From the NCBI RefSeq assembly GCF_009914755.1, contig NC_060926.1: a DNA stretch of 64,000 nucleotides. One strand, written 5' to 3'. Source of the stretch: the human T2T-CHM13v2.0 reference genome, Homo sapiens. Made by a program: the position numbers and the translations under genes. This document shows positions 1 to 13,766 of this stretch, one piece after another. Below the pieces are notes generated by a model. That model was not told the origin of the DNA and ran no database searches. It saw nothing but the letters and a program-made list of their open reading frames with translations. Position 1 is the stretch's first letter. Every line of letters starts with the position of its first letter.

Positions 1-1
1 G

Positions 2-681
2 CATTCCCAGAAACTTCTTTGTGATGTTTGCATTCAAGTCACAGAGTTGAACATTCCCTTTCATAGAGCAGGTTTGAAACACTCTTTTTGTAGTATCTGG
101 ATGTGGACATTTGGAGCGCTTTCAGGCCTATGGTGAAAAAGGAAATATCTTCCCCTGAAAACTAGACAGAAGCATTCTCAGAAACTTATTTGTGATGTGC
201 GCCCTCAACTAACAGTGTTAAACCTTTCTTTTGATAGAGGAGTTTTGAAACACTCTTTTTGTAAAATCTGCAAGAGGATATTTGGATAGCTTTGAGGATT
301 TCGTTGGAAACGGGATTCTCTTCATATTAACCCTAGACAGTAGCATTCTCAGAAGGTTCATTGGGATGTTTCAATTGAAGTCACAGTGTTGAACAGTCAC
401 TTTTATAGAGCAGGTTTGAAACACTCTTTTTGTAGCATCTGGAAGTGGACATTTGGAGCGCTCTCAGGACTACGGTGAAAAAGGAAATATCTTCCAATAA
501 AAGCTAGATAGAAGCAATGTCAGAAACTTTTTCATGATGTATCTACTCAGCTAAAAGAGTTGAACCTTTCTTTTGTGAGAGCAGTTTTGAAACACTATTT
601 TTGTGGAATCTGCAAGTGGATATTTGTCTAGCTTTGAGGATTTCGTTGGAAACGGGATTACATATAGAAAGCAGACAGCAG
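2..681 (+). repeat. Reference HOR unit (my numbering): m1 2-172 (A), m2 173-343 (B), m3 344-514 (A), m4 515-681 (B, 167 bp)
   Basis: Monomer starts CATTCCCAGAAACTTCT, CATTCTCAGAAACTTAT, CATTCTCAGAAG(C/G)TTCA and CAATGTCAGAAACTTTT; the next unit starts at 682. Confidence 0.93.
299..315 (+). promoter_or_regulatory. CENP-B box (representative; repeats every ~340 bp, next at 641-657)
   Basis: TTTCGTTGGAAACGGGA matches the 17-bp consensus YTTCGTTGGAARCGGGA and is found in m2 and m4 of each HOR. Confidence 0.96.
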
Positions 682-3600
682 CGTTCCCAGAAACTTCTTT
701 GTGAAATTTGCATTCAAGTCACAGACTTCAGCATTCCCTTTCATAGAGCAGGTTTGAAACACTCTTTTTGTAGTATCTGGATGTGGACGTTTGGAGCGCT
801 TTCAGGCCTATGGTGAAAAAGGAAATATCTTCCCCTGAAAACTATACAGAAGCATTCTCAGAAACTTATTTGTGATGTGCGCCCTCAACTAACAGTGTTG
901 AACCTTTCTTTTGATAGAGCAGTTTTGAAACACTCTTTTTGTAAAATCTGCAAGAGGATATTTGGATAGCTTTGAGGATTTCGTTGGAAACGGGATTGTC
1001 TTCATATACAATCTAGACAGAAGCATTCTCAGAAGCTTCATTGGGATGTTTCAATTGAAGTCACAGTGTTGAACAGTCCCTTTCGTAGAGCAGGTTTGAA
1101 ACACTCTTTTTGTAATATGTTCAAGTGGAGATTTGGAGCGCTCTCAGGACTACGGTGAAAAAGGAAATATCTTCCAATAAAAGCTAGATAGAAGCAATGT
1201 CAGAAACTTTTTCATGATGTATCTACTCAGCTAACAGAGTTGAACCTTTTTTTTGAGAGAGCAGTTTTGAAACACTCTTTTTGTTGGATCTGCAGGTGGA
1301 TATTTGTCTAGCTTTGAGGATTTCGTTGGAAACGGGATTACATATAAAAAGCAGACAGCAGCATTCCCAGAAACTTCTTTGTGATGTTTGCATTCAAGTC
1401 ACAGAGTTGAACATTCCCTTTCATAGAGCAGGTTTGAAACACTCTTTTTGTAGTATCTGGATGTGGACATTTGGAGCGCTTTCAGGCCTATGGTGAAAAA
1501 GGAAATATCTTCCCCTGAAAACTAGACAGAAGCATTCTCAGAAACTTATTTGTGATGTGCGCCGTCAACTAACAGTGTTGAACCTTTCTTTTGATAGAGT
1601 AGTTTTGAAACACTCTTTTTGTAAAATCTGCAAGAGGATATTTGGATAGCTTTGAGTATTTCGTTGGAAACGGGATTGTCTTCATATAAACTCTAGACAG
1701 TAGCATTCTGAGAAGCTTCATTGGGATGTTTCAATTGAAGTCACAGTGTTGAACAGTCCCTTTCATAGAGCAGGTTTGAAACACTCTTTTTGTAGCATCT
1801 GCAAGTGGACATTTGGAGCGCTCTCAGGACTACGGTGAAAAAGGAAATATCTTCAAATAAAAGCTAGATAGAAGCAATGTGAGAAACTTTTTCATGATGT
1901 ATCTACTCAGCTAAAAGAGTTGAACCTTTCTTTTGAGAGAGCAGTTTTGAAACACTCTTTTTGTGGAATCTGCAAGTGGATATTTGTCTAGCTTTGAGGA
2001 TTTCTTTGGAAACGGGACTACATATAAAAAGCAGACAGCAGCATTCCCAGAAACTTCTTTGTGATGTTTGCATTCAAGTCACAGAGTTGAACAATCCCTT
2101 TCATAGAGCAGGTTTGAAACACTCTTTTTGTAGTATCTGGATGTGGACATTTGGAGCGCTCTCAGGCCTATGGTGAAAAAGGAAATATCTTCCCCTGAAA
2201 ACTAGACAGAAGCATTCTCAGAAACTTATTTGTGATGTGCGCCCTCAACTAACAGTGTTGAACTTTTCTTTTGATAGAGCAGTTTTGAAACACACTTTTT
2301 GTAAAATCTGCAAGAGGATATTTGGATAGCTTTGAGGATTTCGTTGGAAACGGGATTGTCTTCATATAAAATCTAGACAGAAGCATTCTCAGAAGCTTCA
2401 TTGGGATGTTTCAATTGAAGTCACAGTGTTGAACAGTCCCTTTCATAGAGCATGTTTGAAACAATCTTTTTGTAGTATCTGGAAGTGGACATTTGGAGCG
2501 CTCTCAGGACTACGGTGAAAAAGGAAATATCTTCCAAATAAAGCTAGATAGAAGCAATGTCACAAAATTTTTCATGATGTATCTATTCAGCTAACAGAGT
2601 TGAACCTTTCTTTTGACAGAGCAGTTTTGAAACACTCTTTTTGTGGAATCTGCAAGTGGATATTTGTCTAGCTTTGAGGATTTCGTTGGAAACGGGATTA
2701 CATATAAAAAGCAGAAAGCAGCATTCCCAGAAACTTCTTTGTGATATTTGCATTCAAGTCACAGACTTGAACATTCCCTTTCATAGAGCAGGTTTGAAAC
2801 ACTCTTTTTGTAGTATCTGGATGTGGACATTTGGAGCCCTTTCAGGCCTATGGTGAAAAAGGAAATATCTTCCCCTGAAAACTAGACAGAAGCATTCTCA
2901 GAAACTTATTTGTGATGTGCGCCCTCAACTAACAGTGTTGAAGCTTTCTTTTGATAGAGCAGTTTTGAAACACTCTTTTTGTAAAATCTGCAAGAGGATA
3001 TTTGGATAGCTTTGAGGATTTCGTTGGAAACGGGATTGTCTTCATATACAATCTTGACAGAAGCATTCTCAGAAGCTTCGTTGGGATGTTTCAATTGAAG
3101 TCACAGTGTTGAACAGTCCCTTTCGTAGAGCAGGTTTGAAACACTCTTTTTGTAATATCTGGAAGTGGACATTTGGAGCGTTCTCAGGACTATGGTGAAA
3201 AAGGAAATATCTTCCAATAAAAGCTAGATAGAAGCAATGTCAGAAACTTTTTCATGATGTATCTACTCAGCTAGCAGAGTTGAACCATTCTTTTGAGAGT
3301 GCCGTTTTGAAACACTCTTTTTGTTCGATCTGCAGGTGGATATTTGTCTAGCTTTGAGGATATCGTTGGAAACGGGATTACATATAAAAAGCAGACAGCA
3401 GCATTCCCAGAAACTTCTTTGTGATGTTTGCATTCAAGTCACAGAGTTGAACATTCCCTTTCATAGAGCAGGTTTGAAACACTCTTTTTGTAGTATCTGG
3501 ATGTGGACATTTGGAGCGCTTTCAGGCCTATGGTGAAAAAGGAAATATCTTCCCCTGAAAACTAGACAGAAGCATTCTCAGAAACTTATTTGTGATGTGC

Positions 3601-6600
3601 GCCCTCAACTAACAGTGTTAAACCTTTCTTTTGATAGAGGAGTTTTGAAACACTCTTTTTGTAAAATCTGCAAGAGGATATTTGGATAGCTTTGAGGATT
3701 TCGTTGGAAACGGGATTGTCTTCCTATTAACCCTAGACAGTAGCATTCTCAGAAGGTTCATTGGGATGTTTCAATTGAAGTCACAGTGTTGAACAGTCAC
3801 TTTTATAGAGCAGGTTTGAAACACTCTTTTTGTAGCATCTGGAAGTGGACATTTGGAGCGCTCTCAGGACTACGGTGAAAAAGGAAATATCTTCCAATAA
3901 AAGCTAGATAGAAGCAATGTCAGAAACTTTTTCATGATGTATCTACTCAGCTAAAAGAGTTGAACCTTTCTTTTGTGAGAGCAGTTTTGAAACACTATTT
4001 TTGTGGAATCTGCAAGTGGATATTTGTTTAGCTTTGAGGATTTCGTTGGAAACGGGATTACATATAGAAAGCAGACAGCAGCATTCCCAGAAACTCCTTT
4101 GTGAAATTTGCATTCAAGTCACAGACTTGAGCATTCCCTTTCATAGAGCAGGTTTGAAACACTCTTTTTGTAGTATCTGGATGTGGACGTTTGGAGCGCT
4201 TTCAGGCCTATGGTGAAAAAGGAAATATCTTCCCCTGAAAACTATACAGAAGCATTCTCAGAAACTTATTTGTGATGTGCGCCCTCAACTAACAGTGTTG
4301 AAGCTTTCTTTTGATAGAGCAGTTTTGAAACACTCTTTTTGTAAAATCTGCAAGAGGATATTTGGATAGCTTTGAGAATTTCGTTGGAAACGGGATTGTC
4401 TTCATATACAATCTAGACAGAAGCATTCTCAGAAGCTTCATTGGGATGTTTCAATTGAAGTCACAGTGTTGAACAGTCCCTTTCGTAGAGCAGGTTTGAA
4501 ACACTCTTTTTGTAATATCTGGAAGTGGACATTTGGAGCGTTCTCAGCACTATGGTGAAAAAGGAAATATCTTCCAATAAAAGCTAGATAGAAGCAATGT
4601 CAGAATCTTTTTCATGATGTATCTACTCAGCTAACAGAGTTGAACCTTTCTTTTGAGAGAGCCGTTTTGAAACACTCTTTTTGTGGAATCTGCAAGTGGA
4701 TATTTGTCTAGCTTTGAGGATTTCGTTGGAAACGGGATTACATATAAAAAGCAGACAGCAGCATTCCCAGAAACTTCTTTGTGATGTTTGCATTCAAGTC
4801 ACAGAGTTGAACATTCCCTTTCATAGAGCAGGTCTTAAACACTCTTTTTGTAGTATCTGAATGTGGACATTTGGAGCGCTTTCAGGCCTATGGTGAAAAA
4901 GGAAATATCTTCCCCTGAAAACTAGACAGAAGCGTTCTCAGAAACTTATTTGTGATGTGCGCCCTCAACTAACAGTGTTAAACCTTTCTTTTGATAGAGT
5001 AGTTTTGAAACACTCTTTGTAAAATCTGCAAGAGGATATTTTGATAGCTTTGAGGATTTCTTTGGAAACGGGATTGTCTGCATATAAAATCTAGACAGAA
5101 GCATTCTCAGAAGCTTCATTGGGATGTTTCAATTGAAGTCACAGTGTTGAACAGTCCCTTTCATAGAGCATGTTTGAAACACTCTTTTTGTAGTATCTGG
5201 AAGTTGACATTTGGAGCGTTTTCAGGACTACGGTGAAAAAGGAAATATCTTCCAAATAAAGCTAGATAGAAGAAATGTCAGAAAATTTTTCATGATGTAT
5301 CTACTCAGCTAAAAGAGTTGAACCTTTCTTTTGTGAGAGCAGTTTTGAAACACTCTTTTTGTGGAATCTGCAAGTGGATATTTGTCTAGCTTTGAGGATT
5401 TCGTTGGAAACGGGATTACATATAAAAAGCAGACAGCAGCATTCCCAGAAACTTCTTTGTGATGTTTGCATTCAAGTCACAGAGTTGAACATTCCCTTTC
5501 ATAGAGCAGGTTTGAAACACTCTTTTTGTAGTATCTGGATGTGCACATTTGGAGCGCTTTCAGGCCTATGGTGAAAAAGGAAATATCTTTCCCTGAAAAC
5601 TAGACAGAAGCATTCTCAGAAACTTATTTGTGATGTGCACCCTCAACTAACAGTGTTGAAGCTTTCTTTTGACAGAGCAGTTTGAAACACTCTTTTTGTA
5701 AAATCTGCAAGAGGATATTTGGATTGCTTTGAGGATTTCGGTGGAAATGGGATTGTCTTCATATAAACTCTAGACAGTAGCATTCTCAGAAGCTTCATTG
5801 GGATGTTTCAATTGAAGTCACAGTGTTGAACAGTCCCTTTCATAGAGCAGGTTTGAAACACTCTTTTTGTAGTATCTGGAAGTGGACATTTGGAGCGCTC
5901 TCAGGACTACGGTGAAAAAGGAAATATCTTCCAATAAAAGCTAGATAGAAGCAATGTCAGAAACTTTTTCATGATGTATCTACTCAGCTAACAGAGTTGA
6001 ACCTTTTTTTTGAGAGAGCAGTTTTGAAACACTCTTTTTGTTCGATCTGCAGGTGGATATTTGTCTAGGTTTGAGGATTTCGTTGGAAACGGGATTACAT
6101 ATAAAAAGCAGACAGCAGCATTCCCAGAAACTTCTTTGTGATGTTTGCATTCAAGTCACAGAGTTGAACATTCCCTTTCATAGAGCAGGTTTGAAACACT
6201 CTTTTTGTAGTATCTGGATGTGGACATTTGGAGCGCTCTCAGGCCTATGGTGAAAAAGGAAATATCTTCCCCTGCAAACTAGACAGAAGCATTCTCAGAA
6301 ACTTATTTGTGATGTGCGCCCTGAACTAACAATGTTGAACCTTTCTGTTGATAGAGTAGTTTTGAAACACTCTTTTTGTAAAATCTGCAAGAGGATATTT
6401 GGATAGCTTTGAGGATTTCGTTGGAAACGGGATTGTCTTCATATTAACCCTAGACAGTAGCATTCTCAGAAGGTTCATTGGGATGTTTCAATTGAAGTCA
6501 CAGTGTTGAACAGTCACTTTCATAGAGCAGGTTTGAAACACTCTTTTTGTAGCATCTGGAAGTGGACATTTGGAGCGCTCTCAGGACTACGGTGAAAAAG

Positions 6601-9600
6601 GAAATATCTTCCAATAAAAGCTAGATAGAAGCAATGTCAGAAACTTTTTCATGATGTATCTACTCAGCTAAAAGAGTTGAACCTTTCTTTTGTGAGAGCA
6701 GTTTTGATACACTATTTTTGTGGAATCTGCAAGTGGATATTTGTCTAGCTTTGAGGATTTCGTTGGAAACGGGATTACATATAAAAAGCAGACAGCAGCA
6801 TTCCCAGAAACTTCTTTGTGAAATTTGCATTCAAGTCACAGACTTGAACATTCCCTTTCATAGAGCAGGTTTGAAACACTCTTTTTGTAGTATCTGGATG
6901 TGGACGTTTGGAGCGCTTTCAGGCCTATGGTGAAAAAGGAAATATCTTCCCCTGAAAACTATACAGAAGCATTCTCAGAAACTTATTTGTGATGTGCGCC
7001 CTCAACTAACAGTGTTGAACCTTTCTTTTGATAGAGCAGTTTTGAAACACTCTTTTTGTAAAATCTGCAAGAGGATATTTGGATAGCTTTGAGGATTTCG
7101 TTGGAAACGGGATTGTCTTCATATAGAATCTAGACAGAAGCATTCTCAGAAGCTTCATTCAGATGTTTCAATTGAAGTCACAGTGTTGAACAGTCCCTTT
7201 CATAGAGCATGTTTGAAACACTCTTTTTGTAGTATCTGGAAGTGGACATTTGGAGCGTTCTCAGGACTACAGTGAAAAAGGAAATATCTTCCAATAAAAG
7301 CTAGATAGAAGCAATGTCAGAAAATTTTTCATGATGTATCTACTCAGCTAACAGAGTTGAACCTTTCTTTGGAGAGAGTAGTTTTGAAACACTCTTTTTG
7401 TGGAATCTGCAAGTGGATATTTGTGTAGTTTTGAGGATTGCGTTGGAAACGGTATTACATATAAAAAGCAGACAGCAGCATTCCCAGAAACTTCTTTGTG
7501 ATATTTGCATTGAAGTCACAGACTTGAACATTCCGTTTCATAGAGCAGGTTTGAAACACTCTTTTTGTAGTATCTGGATGAGGACATTTGGAGCGCTTTC
7601 AGTCCTATGGTGAAAAAGGAAATATCTTCCCCTGAAAACTAGACAGAAGCATTCTTAGAAACTTATTTGTGATGTGCGCCCTCAACTAACAGTGTTGATC
7701 CTTTCTTTTGATAGAGCAGTTTTGATACACTCTTTTTGTAAAATCCGCAAGAGGATATTTGGATAGCTTTGAGGATTTCATTGGAAACGGGATTGTCTTC
7801 ATATAGAATCTAGACAGAATCATTCTCAGAAGCTTCATTGGGATGTTTCAATTGAAGTCACAGTGTTGAACAGTCCCTTTCATAGAGCAGGTTTGAAACA
7901 CTCTTTTTGTAATATCTGGAAGTGGACATTTGGAGCGTTCTCAGGACTATGGTGAAAAAGGAAATATCTTCCAATAAAAGCTAGATAGAAGCAATGTCAG
8001 AAACTTTTTCATGATGTATCTACTCAGCTAACAGAGTTGAACCTTTCTTTTGAGAGAGCCGTTTTGAAACACTCTTTTTGTGGAATCTGCAAGTGGATAT
8101 TTGTCTAGCTTTGAGGATTTCGTTGGAAACGGGATTACATATAAAAAGCAGACAGCAGCATTCCCAGAAACTTCTTTGTGATGTTGGCATTCAAGTCACA
8201 GAGTTGAACATTCCCTTTCATAGAGCAGGTTTGAAACACTCTTTTTGTAGTATCTGGATGTGGACATTTGGAGCGCTTTCAGGCCTATGGTGAAAAAGGA
8301 AATATCTTCCCCTGAAAACTAGACAGAAGCATTCTCAGAAACTTATTTGTGATGTGCGCCCTCAACTAACAGTGTTAAACCTTTCTTTTGATAGAGTAGT
8401 TTTGAAACACTCTTTGTAAAATCTGCAAGAGGATATTTGGATAGCTTTGAGGATTTCTTTGGAAACGGGATTGTCTTCATATAAAATCTAGACAGAAGCA
8501 TTCTCAGAAGCTTCATTGGGATGTTTCAATTGAAGTCACAGTGTTGAACAGTCCCTTTCATAGATCATGTTTGAAACACTCTTTTTGTAGTATCTGGAAG
8601 TTGACATTTGGAGCGTTTTCAGGACTACGGTGAAAAAGGAAATATCTTCCAAATAAAGCTAGATAGAAGCAATGTCAGAAAATTTTTCATGATGTATCTA
8701 CTCAGCTAACAGAATTTAACCTTTCTTTTGAGAGAGCAGTTTTGAAACACTCTTTTTGTGGAATCTGCAAGTGGATATTTGTCTAGGTTTGAGGATTTCG
8801 TTGGAAACGGGATTACATATAAAAAGCAGACAGCAGCATTCCCAGAAACTTCTTTGTGATATTTGCATTCAAGTCACAGAGTTGAACATTCCCTTTCATA
8901 GAGCAGGTTTGAAACACTCTTTTTGTAGTATCTGGATGTGGACATTTGGAGCGCTTTCAGGCCTATGGTGAAAAAGGAAATATCTTCCCCTGAAAACTAG
9001 ACAGAAGCATTCTCAGAAACTTATTTGTGATGTGCACCCTCAACTAACAGTGTTGAAGCTTTCTTTTGACAGAGCTGTTTGAAACACTCTTTTTGTAAAA
9101 TCTGCAAGAGGATATTTGGATTGCTTTGAGGATTTCGGTGGAAATGGGATTGTCTTCATATAAACTCTAGACAGTAGCATTCTCAGAAGCTTCATTGGGA
9201 TGTTTCAATTGAAGTCACAGTGTTGAACAGTCCCTTTCATAGAGCAGGTTTGAAACACTCTTTTTGTAGTATCTGGAAGTGGACATTTGGAGCGCTCTCA
9301 GGACTACGGTGAAAAAGGAAATATCTTCCAATAAAAGCTAGATAGAAGCAATGTCAGAAACTTTTTCATGATGTATCTACTCAGCTAACAGAGTTGAAAC
9401 TTTTTTTTGAGAGAGCAGTTTTGAAACACTCTTTTTCTTCGATCTGCAGGTGGATATTTGTCTAGGTTTGAGGATTTCGTTGGAAACGGGATTGCATATA
9501 AAAAGCAGACAGCAGCATTCCCAGAAACTTCTTTGTGATGTTTGCATTCACGTCACAGAGTTGAACATTCCCTTTCATAGAGCAGGTTTGAAACACTCTT

Positions 9601-12600
9601 TTTGTAGTATCTGGATGTGGACATTTGGAGCGCTCTCAGGCCTATGGTGAAAAAGGAAATATCTTCCCCTGCAAACTAGACAGAAGCATTCTCAGAAACT
9701 TATTTGTGATGTGCGCCCTGAACTAACAATGTTGAACCTTTCTGTTGATAGAGTAGTTTTGAAACACTCTTTTTGTAAAATCTGCAAGAGGATATTTGGA
9801 TAGCTTTGAGGATTTCGTTGGAAACGGGATTGTCTTCATATTAACCCTAGACAGTAGCATTCTCAGAAGGTTCATTGGGATGTTTCAATTTAAGTCACAG
9901 TGTTGAACAGTCACTTTCATAGAGCAGGTTTGAAACACTCTTTTTGTAGCATCTGGAAGTGGACATTTGGAGCGCTCTCAGGACTACGGTGAAAAAGGAA
10001 ATATCTTCCGATAAAAGCTAGATAGAAGCAATGTCAGAAACTTTTTCATGATGTATCTACTCAGCTAAAAGAGTTGAACCTTTCTTTTGTGAGAGCAGTT
10101 TTGAAACACTATTTTTGTGGAACCTGCAAGTGGATATTTGTCTAGCTTTGAGGATTTCGTTGGAAACGGGATTACATATAAAAAGCAGACAGCAGCATTC
10201 CCAGAAACTTCTTTGTGAAATTTGCATTCAAGTCACAGACTTGAACATTCCCTTTCATAGAGCAGGTTTGAAACACTCTTTTTGTAGTATCTGGATGTGG
10301 ACGTTTGGAGCGCTTTCAGGCCTATGGTGATAAAGGAAATATCTTCCCCTGAAAACTATACAGAAGCATTCTCAGAAACTTATTTGTGATGTGCGCCCTC
10401 AACTAACAGTGTTGAACCTTTCTTTTGATAGAGCAGTTTTGAAACACTCTTTTTGTAAAATCTGCAAGAGGATATTTGGTTAGCTTTGAGGATTTCGTTG
10501 GAAACGGGATTGTCTTCATATAGAATCTAGACAGAAGCATTCTCAGAAGCTTCATTCGGATGTTTCAATTGAAGTCACAGTGTTGAACAGTCCCTTTCAT
10601 AGATCATGTTTGAAACAATCTTTTTGTAGCATCTGGAAGTGGACATTTGGAGCGCTCTCAGGACTACAGTGAAAAAGGAAATATCTTCCAATAAAAGCTA
10701 GATAGAAGCAATGTCAGAAAATTTTTCATGATGTATCTACTCAGCTAACAGAGTTGAACCTTTCTTTGGAGAGAGTAGTTTTGAAACACTCTTTTTGTGG
10801 AATCTGCAAGTGGATATTTGTCTAGTTTTGAGGATTGCGTTGGAAACGGTATTACATATAAAAAGCAGACAGCAGCATTCCCAGAAACTTCTTTGTGATA
10901 TTTGCATTGAAGTCACAGACTTGAACATTCCGTTTCATAGAGCAGGTTTGAAAAACTCTTTTTGTAGTATCTGGATGTGGACATTTGGAGCGCTTTCAGG
11001 CCTATGGTGAAAAAGGAAATATCTTCCCCTGAAAACTAGACAGAAGCATTCTCAGAAACTTATTTGTGATGGGCGCCCTCAACAAACAGTGTTGAACCTT
11101 TCTTTTGATAGAGCAGTTTTGATACACTCTTTTTGAAAAATCCGCAAGAGGATATTTGGATAGCTTTGAGGATTTCGTTGGAAACGGGATTGTCTTCATA
11201 TAGAATCTAGACAGAATCATTCTCAGAAGCTTCATTGGGATGTTTCAATTGAAGTCACAGTGTTGAACAGTCCCTTTCATAGAGCAGATTTGAAACACTC
11301 TTTTTGTAGTATCTGGAAGTGGACATTTGGAGCGTTCTCAGGACTACAATGAAAAAGGAAATATCTTCCAATAAAAGCTAGATAGAAGCAATGTCAGAAA
11401 ATTTTTCATGATGTATCTACTCAGCTAACAGGGTTGAACCTTTCTTTTGAGAGAGCAGTTTTGAAACACTCTTTTTGTGGAATCTGCAAGTGGATATTTG
11501 TCTAGCTTTGAGGATTGCGTTGGAAACGGGATTACATATAAAAAGCAGACAGCAGCATTCCCAGAAACTTCTTTGTGATACTTGCATTCAAGTCACAGAC
11601 TTGAACATTCCCTTCCATAGAGCGGGTTTGAAACACTCTTTTTGTAGTATCTGGATGTGGACATTTGGAGCGCTTTCAGGCCTATGGTGAAAAAGGAAAT
11701 ATCTTCCCCTGAAAACTAGACAGTAGCATTCTCAGAAACTTATTTGTGATGTGCGCCCTCAACTAACAGTGTTAAACCTTTCTTTTGATAGAGTAGTTTT
11801 GAAACACTCTTTTTGTAAAATCTGCAAGAGGATATTTGGATAGCTTTGAGGATTTCGTTGGAAACGGGATTGTCTTCATATAAACTCTAGACAGTAGCAT
11901 TCTCAGAAGCTTCATTGGGATGTTTCAACTGAAGTCACAGTGTTGAACAGTCCCTTTCATAGAGCAGGTTTGAAACACTCTTTTTGTAGTATCTGGAAGT
12001 GGACATTTGGAGCGCTCTCAGGACTACGGTGAAAAAGGAAATATCTTCCAATAAAAGCTAGATAGAAGCAATGTCAGAAACTTTTTCATGATGTATCTAC
12101 TCAGCTAACAGAGTTGAACCTTTCTTTTGAGAGAGCAGTTTTGAAACACTCTTTTTGTGGAATCTGCAAGTGGATATTTGTCTAGCTTTGAGGATTTCGT
12201 TGGAAACGGGATTACATATAAAAAGCAGACAGCAGCATTCCCAGAAACTTCTTTGTGATGTTTGCATTCAAGTCACAGAGTTGAACATTCCCTTTCATAG
12301 AGCAGGTTTGAAACACTCTTTTTGTAGTATCTGGATGTGGACATTTGGAGCGCTTTCAGGCCTATGGTGAAAAAGGAAATATTTTCCACTGAAAACTGGA
12401 CAGAAGGAGTCTCAGAAACTTATTTGTGATGTGCGCCCTCAACTAACAGTGTTGAAGCTTTCTTTTGATAGAGCAGTTTTGAAACATTCTTTTTGTAAAA
12501 TCTGCAAGAGGATATTTGGATAGCTTTGAGGATTTCGTTGGAAACGGGATTGTCTTCATATTAACCCTAGACAGTAGCATTCTCAGAAGCTTCATTGGGA

Positions 12601-13595
12601 TGTTTCAATTGAAGTCACAGTGTTGAACAGTCCCTTTCATAGAGCAGGTTTGAAACACTTTTTTTGTAGCATCTGGAAGTGGACATTTGGAGCGTTCTCA
12701 GGACTACGGTGAAAAAGGAAATATCTTCCAATAAAAGCTAGATAGAAGCAATGTCAGAAACTTTTTCATGATGTATCTACTCAGCTAAAAGAGTTGAACC
12801 TTTCTTTTGCGAGAGCAGTTTTGAAACACTCTTTTTGTGGAATCTGCAAGTGGATATTTGTCTAGCTTTGAGGATTTCGTTGGAAACGGGATTACATATA
12901 AAAAGCAGACAGCAGCATTCCCAGAAACTTCTTTGTGAAATTTGCATTCAAGTCACAGACTTGAACATTCCCTTTCATAGAGCAGGTTTGAAACACTCTT
13001 TTTGTAGTATCTGGATGTGGACATTTGGAGCGCTTTCAGGCCTATGGTGAAAAAGGAAATATCTTCTCCTGAAAACTAGAGAGAAGCATTCTCAGAATCT
13101 TATTTGTGATGTGCGCCCTCAACTAACAGTGTTGAAGCTTTCTTTTGATAGAGCAGTTTTGAAACACTCTTTTCGTAAAATCTGCAAGAGGATATTTTGA
13201 TAGCTTTGAGGATTTCGTTGGAAACGGGATTGTCTTCATATAAACTCTAGACAGAAGCATTCTCAGAAGCTTCATTGGGATGTTTCAATTGAAGTCACAG
13301 TGTTGAACAGTCCCTTTCATAGAGCATGTTTGAAACACTCTTTTTGTAGTATCTGGAAGTGGACATTTGGAGAGATCTCAGGAATACGGTGATAAAGGAA
13401 ATATCTTCCAATAAAAGCTAGATAGAAGCAATGTCAGAAACTTTTTCATGATGTATCTACTCAGCTAACAGAGTTGAACCTTTCTTTTGAGAGAGCAGTT
13501 TTGAAACACTCTTTTTGTGGAATCTGCAAGTGGATATTTGTCTAGCTTTGAGGATTTCGTTGGAAACGGGATTACATAGAAAAAGCAGACAGCAG

Positions 13596-13766
13596 CATTC
13601 CCAGTAACTTCTTTGTGATGTTTGCATTCAAGTCACAGAGTTGAACATTCCCTTTCATAGAGCAGGTTTGAAACACTCTTTTTGTAGTATCTGGATGTGG
13701 ACATTTGGAGCGCTTTCAGGCCTATGGTGAAAAAGGAAATATCTTCCAATAAAAGCTAGATAGAAG
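13596..13766 (+). repeat. Hybrid monomer m1/m3 (late crossover) giving a 338-bp 2-mer; second copy at 32284-32454
   Basis: m1 sequence through GGCCTATGGTGAAAAAGGAAATATCTTCC, then the m3 tail AATAAAAGCTAGATAGAAG, followed directly by m4. Anchor spacing 13515->13853 = 338. Confidence 0.9.

Noticed and set aside
496-501. AATAAA in every m3 as a polyadenylation signal
   Set aside because: It is part of the monomer consensus in AT-rich DNA; function cannot be supported from sequence alone.
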